Shown: positions 21,662 through 31,905 of the stretch, in pieces
How positions within the stretch are numbered: the stretch's first letter is position 1
Layout of the letters: each line of letters opens with the position of its first letter
Assembly (NCBI GenBank): GCA_963422365.1
Contig: OY729426.1
Location: forward strand, 896,001 to 960,000
From: Nitrospirales bacterium
GTDB lineage: Bacteria; Nitrospirota; Nitrospiria; Nitrospirales; UBA8639
DNA length: 64,000 nt
Direction: 5' to 3'
Position numbers and translations under genes: made by a program
Notes under the pieces: generated by a model
Seen by the model: the letters and a program-made list of their open reading frames with translations, nothing else
What the model was told of the DNA's origin: nothing
Database searches by the model: none

Positions 21662-22921
21662 TTACGAGCCGACAGCGGGTTTCATACGGTTTGACTGTTC
21701 GAAAGATTTAAACGGTTCACCTTTCTTCAGAATCACGTCTTCGGTAATCACCACTTCCTTGATCTCGGGTTGAGAAGGGATTTCGTACATAATATCAAGC
21801 ATCACCTCTTCAAGGATTGCGCGAAGACCTCGTGCTCCGGTTTTTTGAGCATAGGCTTTTCTGGCAATGCCACTGAGCGCCCCGTCAGTAAATTTCAGTT
21901 TCACGTTGTCCAAGGACAACAACTTTTGATACTGCTTGGTCAAGGCATTTTTGGGCTCGGTCAAAATCCGCACCAACACTTTTTCATCTAACTCTTCAAG
22001 CGTGGTCACAACCGGTAATCGCCCAATGAATTCTGGAATCAACCCATATTGGAGCAAATCTTCCGGTTGGGTATAGGTCAACAGGGAAGGCACGTGTTTC
22101 TGACGTGATGCGGGCAGGTCAGATTTGAAGCCCATGCGTTTTTGATTGAGGCGTCGTTCGATAATGGATTCAAGTCCGACAAAGGCTCCCCCACAAATGA
22201 CCAAGATATTTTTGGTATCGACTTGGATAAATTCCTGATGTGGGTGTTTCCGGCCACCTTGCGGCGGCACATTGGCCACGGTGCCTTCTATTAATTTGAG
22301 AAGCGCTTGTTGCACACCCTCCCCGGACACGTCGCGGGTAATGGAGGGACTGTCAGCCTTCCGCGTGATTTTGTCGATCTCATCAATATAAATGATACCG
22401 CGTTCTGCGCGTTCCACTTCATAGTCCGCGGCTTGCAGTAGTTTTAAGATGATATTCTCGACGTCTTCCCCGACATACCCCGCCTCGGTTAAGGTTGTGG
22501 CATCGGCCAATGTAAACGGCACATCGAGATAATCAGCGAGGGTTTGAGCCAATAAGGTTTTCCCCGTTCCCGTTGGCCCAATCATCAGAACGTTGCCCTT
22601 TTGGAGCTTAATATCTCCGGTTTCATTGGCAGCGATGCGTTTATAGTGATTGTGAACGGCAACCGAGAGAATTTTTTTTGCGCGGGGTTGGTCGATGATG
22701 TATTGATCGAGGTGGCGATTAATTTCGGCAGGTTTTCGAAGTTTTGAGGATATTTCTTCTTTGACCTCTTGCCACTCTTCGGCCATGATTTCATTACACA
22801 GGCCCACGCATTCGTCACAAATGTACACGGTGGGACCCGCGATCAGTTTACGCACTTGATCGCGGCTTTTCCCGCAGAACGAACACCGAAGATTCACGTC
22901 TGATTTGACCTGCTTGGCCAT
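21662..22921 (-). CDS. clpX: ATP-dependent Clp protease ATP-binding subunit ClpX
   Basis: CSFCGK Zn finger, [20 protein letters not shown]. Confidence 0.97.
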   Translation of the reverse strand: MAKQVKSDVNLRCSFCGKSRDQVRKLIAGPTVYICDECVGLCNEIMAEEWQEVKEEISSKLRKPAEINRHLDQYIIDQPRAKKILSVAVHNHYKRIAANETGDIKLQKGNVLMIGPTGTGKTLLAQTLADYLDVPFTLADATTLTEAGYVGEDVENIILKLLQAADYEVERAERGIIYIDEIDKITRKADSPSITRDVSGEGVQQALLKLIEGTVANVPPQGGRKHPHQEFIQVDTKNILVICGGAFVGLESIIERRLNQKRMGFKSDLPASRQKHVPSLLTYTQPEDLLQYGLIPEFIGRLPVVTTLEELDEKVLVRILTEPKNALTKQYQKLLSLDNVKLKFTDGALSGIARKAYAQKTGARGLRAILEEVMLDIMYEIPSQPEIKEVVITEDVILKKGEPFKSFEQSNRMKPAVGS

Positions 22922-22951
22922 GAAGGCACCGTTTGGTGAGGCGTTCAGTAA

Positions 22952-23563
22952 CTAGGCGCCATTTGAACCGGTTTTCTCCGTTTCTAACGTTCGAACAATG
23001 ACTTCATCAATGAGGCCATAGTCTTTGGCTTCGGTTCCTGACATGAAATAGTCTCGCTCGGTATCTTGGCTGATCTTCTCTAACGACTGCCCCGTATGGT
23101 GCGAAAGGATCTGGTTAAGTCGCTCTCGAATTTTCAGAATCTCACGTGCGTGAATATCGATCTCTGTCGCCTGTCCTTGAAACCCTCCCATCGGTTGATG
23201 AATCATCACCCGGGCGTTGGGAAGTGCATAGCGTTTGCCTTTGGTGCCGGAGGCTAGGAGCAGGGCGCCCATGCTTGCCGCTTGCCCTAAACAAATAGTC
23301 GTAATCGGTGGTTTCACATATTGTATGGTGTCGTAAATACCGAGGCCTGCGGTCACGCTTCCACCTGGGGAATTAATATAGAGGTTGATGTCTTTTTCCG
23401 GATCTTCTGCCTCTAAGAACAGTAATTGAGCAATAATGAGGTTGGAGAATACGTCATCAACCGGTGCGCCTAGAAAGATAATGCGATCTTTCAAGAGGCG
23501 GGAGTAGATATCATATGCTCGTTCGCCCCGGTTCGTACTCTCAATAACCATTGGAATTAACAT
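22952..23563 (-). CDS. clpP: ATP-dependent Clp protease proteolytic subunit
   Basis: [34 protein letters not shown]. Confidence 0.97.
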   Translation of the reverse strand: MLIPMVIESTNRGERAYDIYSRLLKDRIIFLGAPVDDVFSNLIIAQLLFLEAEDPEKDINLYINSPGGSVTAGLGIYDTIQYVKPPITTICLGQAASMGALLLASGTKGKRYALPNARVMIHQPMGGFQGQATEIDIHAREILKIRERLNQILSHHTGQSLEKISQDTERDYFMSGTEAKDYGLIDEVIVRTLETEKTGSNGA

Positions 23564-23605
23564 ACGGTTTTACCCTTTCTGTTCAAAACCGGTTTTCGGA
23601 GAGCC

Positions 23606-24931
23606 TTACCCTTGAATCACCGCATATTGGTAGACCAATTGAAGAGCTTTTTCGGCCCGGATGCGATCCTCAAATTCTTGACGTGAACTTTGCCCCCCCG
23701 ATTCCACCATCTTTTGAATCTCTTCCAGCGGGACTTGAAGGCCCTGGGCGAGTTTGGTGAATTCTTCCTGAATGTCCTGGTCACTCACAGAGAGCCCTTC
23801 CTTGTGCGCAATGGCTTCTAACACTAATCCAAGCTTGACGCGTTTTTGCGCCCCCGGAGCGACCTCTTTATGGATTCGTTTCGCCTCCTCTTCCATTTGG
23901 ATTTGATCATTCACCGAGAACTTCCCGCCCTTTTTCCGTTGTTCTTCCATGAGGCGTTGTCGAACCATCGTGCGAATTTCCCGTTCGATCAGGACTTCGG
24001 GGAGGTCAAAGTGATGCATGGCCAAAAGGCGCTCAAGAATTTGATCCTTATAGCCGCCTTCCACGTCCCGTTTGAGTACCGATTCCAATTCGGATCGAAT
24101 CGTCTCTTTGAGAGCCTCGAGGGTGTCATAGGCTCCGCAATCTTTGGCAAATTCATCATCTAAAGTCGGGAGAATTTTTTGCTTCACCCCAAGGATTAAG
24201 ACGTGAAATGTGACGCATTTGCCAGCCAGGCGGGCATCCGGATGCGTGAAGGGATATTCTTGGCGAACCTTCGCCTGGTCCCCTTCTTTTTTCCCCACGA
24301 GCGCCTCGTCAATGGTGAGACCCAGCACGGGTTCCTGAGACCCTACTCTGAGGAGAAGGCCTTCTTTTTTCGAACCTTCCACGGACTCACCATCGACAAA
24401 GCCTTCAATCGTCACGACCGCATACAGGCCTTCATCTAGGGGAGTGCCGGAGGGGGCGGCATCCAGCCGAGACTGTTGTTCTCGAAGTCGTTCCAGGTTT
24501 GCATTCACATCCTGATCGGTAATGGTCCGGGAATCGGGCTTCAAGGAAATCGGATTGGGTGGACGATAATCACGTAATTCAATAGACGGCTTAATTTCAA
24601 CGGTGGCGGTGAAGGTGAGCGAGGTGTTACGTGTGGCTTTCAATCGCTCCAAAGGAGGAATTTCAACCAGAACGGGTGACACGCCGGCTTCGTGAATCGC
24701 CTTCTGGTAGTAGGTTGGCACTAAGTGCTGAAGGACATCCTGCTCGATGGCCTTCGCGTAGCGTTTTTCCAACATGGCGATCGGCGCTTTGCCGGGTCGG
24801 AAGCCTGGGATGCGAGTTTGGCGTTTCAGATCGGTATACGCCCGGTCAAATTCTTGGTTGACGATGTCTTCCGGGACTTCGATTTTAATCGCACGTTTCA
24901 CCGGCCCTAATTCTGTGACTTCCAATTTCAT
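23606..24931 (-). CDS. tig: Trigger factor
   Basis: IPGFRPGKAP ribosome-binding motif. tig-clpP-clpX synteny. Confidence 0.95.
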   Translation of the reverse strand: MKLEVTELGPVKRAIKIEVPEDIVNQEFDRAYTDLKRQTRIPGFRPGKAPIAMLEKRYAKAIEQDVLQHLVPTYYQKAIHEAGVSPVLVEIPPLERLKATRNTSLTFTATVEIKPSIELRDYRPPNPISLKPDSRTITDQDVNANLERLREQQSRLDAAPSGTPLDEGLYAVVTIEGFVDGESVEGSKKEGLLLRVGSQEPVLGLTIDEALVGKKEGDQAKVRQEYPFTHPDARLAGKCVTFHVLILGVKQKILPTLDDEFAKDCGAYDTLEALKETIRSELESVLKRDVEGGYKDQILERLLAMHHFDLPEVLIEREIRTMVRQRLMEEQRKKGGKFSVNDQIQMEEEAKRIHKEVAPGAQKRVKLGLVLEAIAHKEGLSVSDQDIQEEFTKLAQGLQVPLEEIQKMVESGGQSSRQEFEDRIRAEKALQLVYQYAVIQG

Positions 24932-25032
24932 GATATTCCTTTATCGAAGATCTCCAAAAGGCTGCCAGGCAGTCTGTTCAGGATGACGCTCACACAAACC
25001 TCATCCTGAACGAAGTCGATAGGATCGTGGGT

Positions 25033-25115
25033 TGGTGCGAGAGGGGGGACTCGAACCCCCACGGTCTCCCACGAGATCCTAAGTCTCGCGCGTCTGCCTG
25101 TTCCGCCACTCTCGC
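25033..25115 (-). tRNA. tRNA-Leu (anticodon TAG)
   Basis: Reverse complement GCGAGAG...CGAGA-CT-TAG-GA-TCTCG, long variable arm, GGTTCGAGTCC, ends CTCTCGCACCA. Upstream of tig as is common. Confidence 0.96.
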
Positions 25116-25286
25116 TTAAATGAATCGATTCCTTTTCTGAGGATCACTCGAAACGGTACGGCTGGTTATGGAGCCCAAATGAAACAGGCTTTGGGGTTCA
25201 GTAAACGCGACGCTGTTTTTTCTATTTACCCATACGGTGCGTAGAGTGTCAACACAGGTTCTTGCCAGGATTCAATGGAGTAGGCT

Positions 25287-25544
25287 ATGGTACTCATTAT
25301 GGGTCTCAAAAAATTGTACAGCAATATTTACGAGCAATTCATCCACACACGAGACACGCACAAAGGGTTTCATTTTCAAGAGGAGACACTCAAAAGCGTG
25401 TCGCCCAAAGCTGTTTCGTTTAAGGATCGCATTCAATGGTGGACCCTTGACCGGCCTCAACGGTTAAAGATGATCGAACAGGAACGGGACCGGCAACAAC
25501 AAGACATTCTTGCCCTCAAGCGCCAGACGAAATCGTCAACGTAA
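25287..25544 (+). CDS. Small hypothetical protein
   Basis: 85-aa ORF with natural-looking composition between the divergent tRNAs. No recognised motif. Confidence 0.4.
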   Translation: MVLIMGLKKLYSNIYEQFIHTRDTHKGFHFQEETLKSVSPKAVSFKDRIQWWTLDRPQRLKMIEQERDRQQQDILALKRQTKSST

Positions 25545-25895
25545 TCGCCTTCTTCATTCCTTGTGGCTACGACGATGCATGTCAGAGCTCGTTCAAGCGG
25601 CTATCGTCAAGCTTTTACTCGCGATGTGGCAGGTAGCTCTTTGGGGATGTGCTCACCATTGGTTTTATTCATTGGTTTTATTGTATGGATGCCCGTACAC
25701 ATTCTCGAATTGGGCGTGTAAGCCAATCCCTAAGGACCAGTGATTATCTCGGCGGTCCTTCTGCTGTGGTTTCGCGGCCATCTCTCTAAGGCTTTGACAG
25801 GGTCGTCTCGATGATAACGACTATTTGAACGACTACGTCAGGCATAAGGGATCTTAAGGGACCGCCGTCAGTACACGGGGTTGAAGAATGTATGT

Positions 25896-25950
25896 GTAGG
25901 GCCGCATCTCATGCGGCCAAGAAGAGGGCGCCATGAGATGTCGCCGCTCC
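25896..25950. repeat. Degenerate GTAG-type REP doublet (REPIN-like)
   Basis: GTAGGGCCGCATCTCATGCGGCC ... GGGCGCCATGAGATGTCGCCGCTCC: inverted CATCTCATG/CATGAGATG arms with a GTAG head. Confidence 0.5.
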
Positions 25951-26111
25951 AATCGAAGGAGAAGAAGTCTTCATGAGGCATGTCCCTGTCCTTTCTCTAA
26001 TTCCCCTCCTTTGTCAAGAGGGGTGAAGGGGAGGTAGAGGCTTATACCTTGCCTTGTTGCTCCGCAGGGCGCATGTTAAAATGACACGTTTTTACCCTAG
26101 CCCCTGCATGC

Positions 26112-26201
<90 letters not shown>

Positions 26202-26276
26202 TGTCATGAGAATCAGTACGCCGGTGAGTGGAAACACGTCGATTCTCCGTTTGGGGATCATCACTGACAACGGAAA

Positions 26277-26377
26277 GGGGCTGGGCCCTGTGCAACGGAA
26301 TCTTGTAAACCCCGCCAGGTCCGGAAGGAAGCAACGGTAAGCAGGCGAGTCTGTGTGCTGCAGGATCACCTGGCCCC
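26277..26377 (+). ncRNA. ffs: Signal recognition particle RNA (4.5S, small bacterial SRP)
   Basis: GGGGCTGGG...CCTGGCCCC closing stem and domain IV CCGCCAGGTCCGGAAGGAAGCAACGG. Located between tRNA-Ser and dnaX. Confidence 0.92.
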
Positions 26378-26463
26378 GGTTTTACGATCGCCATCCGTGA
26401 AGAGTAGCCATATGACTGTGAAGCCAATGGGTGAGGGATGAGGCACGTGACGCACGACGAGTG

Positions 26464-28302
26464 ATGGAATACCAAGTTTCCGCCAGAAAATTTCGTCCGG
26501 GCACGTTTGAAGAGTTGATCGGGCAGCCGCATGTGGTCCAAATGCTGCGAAACGCCATCCTTCGGCAACAGGTGGCCCATGCCTATCTCTTTTCCGGAAT
26601 GCGCGGAGTGGGGAAGACCACGGCCGCGCGTATTTTGGCCAAAGCGCTGAATTGCGAAAAAGGCCCCACCCCAGAACCCTGCGGACAGTGCGAGAGTTGT
26701 TTGGAAATTACGCGTGGCAACTCGGTTGATGTCATTGAGATCGATGGGGCCTCAAATACCGGGGTCGATGATGTCCGGGAGCTTCGTGAAAACGTCAAAT
26801 TTTCGCCCTTCCGAGGCACCTATCGGATCTCTATCATCGATGAAGTGCACATGCTCTCCAATTCGGCGTTTAACGCGCTGTTGAAAACGTTGGAAGAACC
26901 TCCTCAGCATGCGGTGTTTATCTTTGCGACGACTGAAGTCCATAAAATTCCCCCTACCATCACTTCTCGATGTCAACATTTCAACTTTCGGCGGATTCCC
27001 CGGCGAGAGATCATTGCTCGTCTCCAGGAAGTCGTGAACCATATCGATGTCACGATCGGCGAACGAAGCTTGGGAGCGATGGCCAGAGCGAGTGAGGGCA
27101 GTATGCGTGATGCCCTCAGTTTATTGGATCAAGCCGTGGCGTTCGGTGGCAAAACGATTACCGAGCATGATGTGGAAGATATGCTCGGGGCCGTTCCTGA
27201 CGAACTGGTGGGTCGAGTGGTGGATACCGTCGTGGCCCAGGACGCCGCCGCGGCCGTCGCACTTGTCGGAGAGGTGGTGGCTCATGGGTACGACCTTCGG
27301 GTCTATTGTGGGGCGGTGGTGGAGCGCATGCGCCATCTGATGATTGCGGCAGTGGTGCCTGGGTTCGAGCAAGCACAAGGCTTGATGGATTTGCCTGATG
27401 AACATGTGAAACAATTGTTGGCGGAAGCCAACTCGTTTTCGGTGGAGCAGTTACAAGAGTTATTTCATCTTTTTGCCCAAGCCGAAGATCGCCTTCGGTC
27501 AACGGCGCATCCCCGTTTTGTTTTTGAAGTGGCAGCCGTTCGCGCGGCGCGGTTGCTTCAACACAGTGTGCAGGTTCCGCAAGTAGCCGAAACGCTAAAG
27601 GATCCTCGACCACACAGTTCAAGAACGCCGGGTGAAAAGAGCGGGCCAATGTCCGGGTCATCACCGTTACGATCACCGGACCATCGCATCAGAACGTCTG
27701 GACCGCCTTCGGCTACCATGCCGAGTCAGGGGCGGGGTCAACCTCCTCCTGTGCAAAGAGAAACCCACCCGCCGAAACATGTGAGGAGTGCTCCTCCCAC
27801 CGGACAGCCTGCGGTCAAGACGGAACAGAGCCTCAGAGTCTCTGCCCCGCCACAGGGAAAGCCGTCTCCGGCGACGTCGCCCGCCATTCGGCAAGAAGAC
27901 TGGCAGCGGGTCGTCGAATCCGTGGTTTGCAATTTCCCCAACATTGGAACTTTTTTGGAAATGGGGATGTTGGTAACAATCGAAGGCAACCAAGTCATCG
28001 TGGGGTTTCCCAAAACCGCATCGGTGGCCTGTTCAAGAATCCAGAAAGAAGAGAATCGTGCATTGATCGCAAAGGTCTGTCAGGAAGTCGCCGGGGCGAC
28101 GATTCACCTTCGCGTGGTCGAGTTGACCGAAAAACCAGGCGACAGGCTCACCATCAAGCAGATGCGAGCGAAACAGCACGAGCAAGATGGCGAGGCCTTA
28201 CTGGAACAGGCACGAGCGAATCCCATGGTGAAACACGCTATGGAATTGTTTGGTGGAGAAGTGGTGAAGGCGAGCCGCGTGACGGGAAAGAAGGAGGCCT
28301 AA
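26464..28302 (+). CDS. dnaX: DNA polymerase III subunit gamma/tau
   Basis: YQVSARKFRP, GMRGVGKT, EIDGASN, IIDEVHML, SRC. Pro-rich linker. Confidence 0.96.
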   Translation: MEYQVSARKFRPGTFEELIGQPHVVQMLRNAILRQQVAHAYLFSGMRGVGKTTAARILAKALNCEKGPTPEPCGQCESCLEITRGNSVDVIEIDGASNTGVDDVRELRENVKFSPFRGTYRISIIDEVHMLSNSAFNALLKTLEEPPQHAVFIFATTEVHKIPPTITSRCQHFNFRRIPRREIIARLQEVVNHIDVTIGERSLGAMARASEGSMRDALSLLDQAVAFGGKTITEHDVEDMLGAVPDELVGRVVDTVVAQDAAAAVALVGEVVAHGYDLRVYCGAVVERMRHLMIAAVVPGFEQAQGLMDLPDEHVKQLLAEANSFSVEQLQELFHLFAQAEDRLRSTAHPRFVFEVAAVRAARLLQHSVQVPQVAETLKDPRPHSSRTPGEKSGPMSGSSPLRSPDHRIRTSGPPSATMPSQGRGQPPPVQRETHPPKHVRSAPPTGQPAVKTEQSLRVSAPPQGKPSPATSPAIRQEDWQRVVESVVCNFPNIGTFLEMGMLVTIEGNQVIVGFPKTASVACSRIQKEENRALIAKVCQEVAGATIHLRVVELTEKPGDRLTIKQMRAKQHEQDGEALLEQARANPMVKHAMELFGGEVVKASRVTGKKEA

Positions 28303-28304
28303 GC

Positions 28305-28628
28305 ATGTCCAAGAATCCTTTTGGCAATATGGGGAATTTGTTGAAACAAGCCCAAGCCATGCAGGAGAAATTAGGAAAAATTCAGGAAGAAGCGGCCGCG
28401 AAAACCGTCCAAGCGTCGGCTGGGGGCGGGATGGTCACGGTCACGGCCAATGGGGGTATGCAAATCACCAACGTGGCGATTGATCCCGAAGTCTTGAAGT
28501 CAGAGGATCCCGACATGTTGCGAGACCTCCTTGTGGCTGCAACCAATGAAGCCTTACGCAAAGCCAAAGCATTTATGGCTGAAGAAGTGAAGGGGGTGAC
28601 TGGGGGGCTCGGCATCCCTGGATTGTAA
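28305..28628 (+). CDS. ybaB: YbaB/EbfC family nucleoid-associated protein
   Basis: MGNLLKQAQAMQEK, SAGGGMVTVTANG, DMLRDLLVAATNEA. dnaX-ybaB-recR synteny. Confidence 0.95.
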   Translation: MSKNPFGNMGNLLKQAQAMQEKLGKIQEEAAAKTVQASAGGGMVTVTANGGMQITNVAIDPEVLKSEDPDMLRDLLVAATNEALRKAKAFMAEEVKGVTGGLGIPGL

Positions 28629-28702
28629 CGGGACGTGCACCCACAGCAGTGTTGACCGAGACGTGAGCCTTCTTCCAAGTTTGAACGCGTGCAGAACAAA
28701 TC

Positions 28703-29311
28703 ATGAGTGTGCCACAGCAGCAACCGGGATTATTGGCCAAGCTGGTGAAGGAATTTGTGCGGTTGCCCGGCATTGGGCAAAAGACCGCGCAACGACTCGC
28801 CTTTCATCTGATGAAGGTGAACAAAGAAGACGCCCTGCGCCTAGCCGATGCGATTCGAAATGTCAAAGAATTTGTGACGTTTTGCGTGCAATGTCGCAAT
28901 ATTGCGGAAAGCGAGTTGTGCGACATTTGCCAAGATTCGAAACGGGATCGAACGAAAATTCTGGTCGTGGAAGAACCGAGTACCTTACATGCCGTTGATC
29001 AAAGTCGCGGGTACAAAGGCTTGTATCACGTCTTGATGGGCTCGCTTTCACCGCTGGACGGTGTGGGCCCGTCTGACATTCGCGCGAAGGAGTTGGCACT
29101 GCGCGTCCGAGACGGTGGAGTCAAGGAGGTCATCGTGGCGACGAATCCCACCATCGAAGGCGAGGCAACGGCGATTTATCTCACGAACCTCTTGAAGCCC
29201 TACGGGGTGAAGGTCTCACGAATTGCGTATGGCATTCCTGTTGGCATGGATATCGAATATGCCGACGACGTGACGCTGACCAAATCCATTGAAGGGCGTC
29301 GTGAACTGTAG
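28703..29311 (+). CDS. recR: Recombination mediator RecR
   Basis: LPGIGQKTAQRLAF HhH, C4 Zn finger, YHVLMG, TIEGEATA. Confidence 0.96.
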   Translation: MSVPQQQPGLLAKLVKEFVRLPGIGQKTAQRLAFHLMKVNKEDALRLADAIRNVKEFVTFCVQCRNIAESELCDICQDSKRDRTKILVVEEPSTLHAVDQSRGYKGLYHVLMGSLSPLDGVGPSDIRAKELALRVRDGGVKEVIVATNPTIEGEATAIYLTNLLKPYGVKVSRIAYGIPVGMDIEYADDVTLTKSIEGRREL

Positions 29312-29345
29312 CAGACGTTTTCAAGCGTCTGGCGGCTAACAACGG

Positions 29346-30113
29346 ATGAAACTCTTTCTCAGATTACTTGTTCTTATTGGAGTTTTCGGGGTCATTGCCA
29401 TCCTGATTGTTGGCCTGTCTTTAAATGCCCTGGTCAAAATCGGCGTGGAGACCATGGGGCCTAAGGTCGTGGGCGTACCGGTGACCCTGGAGGACGTGGA
29501 TCTGTCGCTGCTGTCAGGCGGCACGGCCATGCGAGCCAGTTTGACCCAACTCCGCATCAAGAACCCTGAAGGCTATGAAACGGCCTATGCCTTTTCCTTT
29601 CCGAACATTCAAATAGAAGTCGATCGGAGCTCGGTGTTGACTGAGACCATTCGTATCGAAGAGGTGCTGATCGTGGGGCCAGCCATTACCTTCGAAGGGT
29701 CACTCGCGAGCAGTAACCTCAGCGACATTCTGGACAACGTCAAACGCAACACGCGACCGAGGTCGGATGACGAGGCGAAAGAAAAAGAGGGAAAGGATGA
29801 GGAAGAATCGGCACGAGACGTTCACATTAAAAAAGTGAGCGTGAAAGACGCGAAAATCACCTTAAGCCTCTTCGGGGGCTCAAGCGAAGCCATTCACGTG
29901 ACATTGCCAGATTTTGCATTGCGTGATATCGGCGACCCCTCCGGAGGCACCACGCTGCAAAAAGCGTTAGCCGAGGTTTTCGATGCGATGTACGGGGCTA
30001 TTATCAAGGCCGTCACGAAATCGGGACAGTTCATTCCCAAGGGCTTCGAACAACTCGGCACATCCGTCGGGAAGATGGGGAAGGAGTTGTTGAAGGGATT
30101 GTTTGGTCAGTAA
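29346..30113 (+). CDS. AsmA-like / DUF748-like membrane-anchored protein
   Basis: N-terminal TM, then GVPVTLEDVDLSLL, LRIKNPEGY and SNL..I..N pattern typical of small AsmA-family proteins. Confidence 0.6.
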   Translation: MKLFLRLLVLIGVFGVIAILIVGLSLNALVKIGVETMGPKVVGVPVTLEDVDLSLLSGGTAMRASLTQLRIKNPEGYETAYAFSFPNIQIEVDRSSVLTETIRIEEVLIVGPAITFEGSLASSNLSDILDNVKRNTRPRSDDEAKEKEGKDEEESARDVHIKKVSVKDAKITLSLFGGSSEAIHVTLPDFALRDIGDPSGGTTLQKALAEVFDAMYGAIIKAVTKSGQFIPKGFEQLGTSVGKMGKELLKGLFGQ

Positions 30114-30355
30114 TCGTCTCGACCCATAACCGTGTCACAACCAGTTGTTTTTGAATTTCCTGGCAAAGTCGATGTCTTCCTCGACGAATCAAGCCTCGTC
30201 GTCACGAACAAACCAATACGCAACAATCTCTATCCTACTTAGAAAGCGTCTGCTACTCTACGAGTATGACAACTTGGCATTAAGAATCAACTGGAATGGA
30301 AAGGATGTAAAAGTTGCACATAGACTTAAGCAGGTACATAGACCCAAGTAAGTAT

Positions 30356-30763
30356 ATGGTTGCTGCACGGGTGCGTGAGGAATGGGTAGCGGAACTCCAA
30401 AGGAAGGGCATCTCTTTGCATGGGCACGGCACGCGGTATCAAACAGCGAGCGGGCAGTCCGTGATAGTAAAATTCAGTAACGAACGCCCTGAGGACACTT
30501 GGCCTTGGTGGCTAGGTCTTCCTGACGAGCTTCCGAATGTCACGGTGTTTTTATGCAAATCTGAGGCAGGCGAGCTCTACGATATTGTGCTGCCTGGCTC
30601 AGATTTGCATAAAGTATGGGATGTCTTCTCAAGAAGCAAGAACCCTGTCCAAGTGGAATTCCATGTCAAAAAGGATGCTGCTGACCGATTCTTACTGGGT
30701 GTTCCTGATGACAGTCCGCTGGATATTATGGGTTACATAGGCAACTATGCTCCACTTCGATAA
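30356..30763 (+). CDS. Hypothetical protein (cassette-like, AT-richer)
   Basis: ORF 30314-30763, likely ATG at 30356. Composition differs from core genes. Followed by an attC-like GCCTAAC. Confidence 0.55.
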   Translation: MVAARVREEWVAELQRKGISLHGHGTRYQTASGQSVIVKFSNERPEDTWPWWLGLPDELPNVTVFLCKSEAGELYDIVLPGSDLHKVWDVFSRSKNPVQVEFHVKKDAADRFLLGVPDDSPLDIMGYIGNYAPLR

Positions 30764-30860
30764 TACGGCCTAACCCTCGCGCCTATTGTGTACTCCAGCA
30801 TCCGATTCGATCCTCCAGAGCGGCAGGCGATCGTGGGCGTTGCCTGCATGAGTCAGCTTT

Positions 30861-30918
30861 TGTACATTTTCTTGTGCATGTTCTGTGGTTTTGATATACT
30901 TGTTCAATAATCTGTACA
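30861..30918 (+). promoter_or_regulatory. yefM-yoeB promoter and autorepression operator
   Basis: TTGTGC (30872-30877), 17 bp, TATACT (30895-30900). Hexamer pairs TGTACA/TGTGCA (30861, 30873) and TGTTCA/TGTACA (30901, 30913), each 12 bp apart. Confidence 0.75.
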
Positions 30919-30937
30919 ATTTAACATGGGGTTTCAT

Positions 30938-31192
30938 ATGCGTATTGTCTCATTTACCGAAGCAAGGAATGGTCTGAAATCAGTTCTTGATGGTGTGGTG
31001 AATGATGCTAACTGTGCCGTCATCACCCGTCGAGATGCAAAAGATGCTGTTGTGATGTCAATGGATTATTACAACAGCTTAATGGAAACCGTCCATTTAC
31101 TAAAATCACCAGCCAATGCTGCTCATTTGGCTCAATCAATCAAGCAATGTAAGACAGGGCAGGTCACTGAACGAGACATGATTGATGAGTAG
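30938..31192 (+). CDS. yefM: YefM/Phd family antitoxin
   Basis: MRIVSFTEARNGLKSVLD, ITRRDAKDAVVMS, LMETVHLLKSPANAAHL. Confidence 0.93.
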   Translation: MRIVSFTEARNGLKSVLDGVVNDANCAVITRRDAKDAVVMSMDYYNSLMETVHLLKSPANAAHLAQSIKQCKTGQVTERDMIDE

Positions 31193-31445
31193 GACGTTAG
31201 CGTGGACCGACATGGCTTGGGATGATTATCTGTATTGGCAGCAACAAGATAAAAAAACACTCCAACGAATCAATCAATTGATAGCAGGGACAAAGCGTTC
31301 GCCGTTTGAAGGCATTGGTAAACCAGAGGCCTTGCAAGAGAATCTATCGGGGTGTTGGTCAAGACGTATAGATGAGTCTCATCGTTTGGTTTATGCTGTA
31401 GACGAGATCCGCATCACCGTCATTTCTTGTCGCTATCATTATTAA
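31185..31445 (+). CDS. yoeB: Txe/YoeB family toxin (ribosome-dependent mRNase)
   Basis: AWDDYLYWQ, PFEGIGKPEAL, WSRRIDESHRLVY, C-terminal SCRYHY. Overlaps yefM. Confidence 0.94.
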   Translation: MSRTLAWTDMAWDDYLYWQQQDKKTLQRINQLIAGTKRSPFEGIGKPEALQENLSGCWSRRIDESHRLVYAVDEIRITVISCRYHY

Positions 31446-31638
31446 GCCTGACAACTGGCATTGAGTTAGATGACAAAAAGCTATCACCTTGATAGCGAAA
31501 AACGGAGTGAATTTTCGCTACGCTTCATTGCCCGCCGGTGAGCTTGCTCATTATGCATACAGGCTGATCGTCAAAGATGATGATAGAAGCGGCAGGCTCA
31601 GATTCAGATTCAAGTCAGTCAAGAAAAGGGATAAAACA

Positions 31639-31778
31639 ATGCCCAACGTAAAAGTACATCGACTGGCAAGATGATGACATGTGGTTCGGATTCTTTGAAG
31701 AATACCTCGACTGCTGGACGCAAGGCGAAACGAGAGAAGAAGAAAACCTAATGGACATTAGAAGCAACCTCATCATAT
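31639..31778 (+). pseudogene. hicB: HicB-family antitoxin remnant
   Basis: ATG 31639 (MPNV), then after a frameshift KYIDWQDDDMWFGFFEEYLDCWTQGETREEENLMDI, matching the HicB TQGET.EE...NL motif. Cut off by a palindromic element. Confidence 0.65.
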
Positions 31779-31850
31779 GTCATTCTGAGGAGCGTGCGAC
31801 GAAGAATCTCAATCCTTGCCCTAGATTTTTCGCCTACGGCTCAGAATGAC
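31779..31850. repeat. Palindromic REP-like element (GTCATTCTGAG family)
   Basis: GTCATTCTGAG..CGAAGAATCT / AGATTTTTCG..CTCAGAATGAC inverted arms. A related half-site lies near 41706-41744. Confidence 0.7.
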
Positions 31851-31905
31851 GTCAAGGAAAGGCGTGCAGAAAAAGGCCCTCATCCATTTATGAGATCGCC
31901 TATCG

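Noticed and set aside
26431..28302. Programmed -1 frameshift in dnaX producing gamma
   Set aside because: I saw no A-AAA-AAG or long A-run slippery site in the linker region.
27927..28304. N-terminal 126-aa extension of ybaB
   Set aside because: Overlaps dnaX. The real start is ATG 28305 after AAGGAGG.
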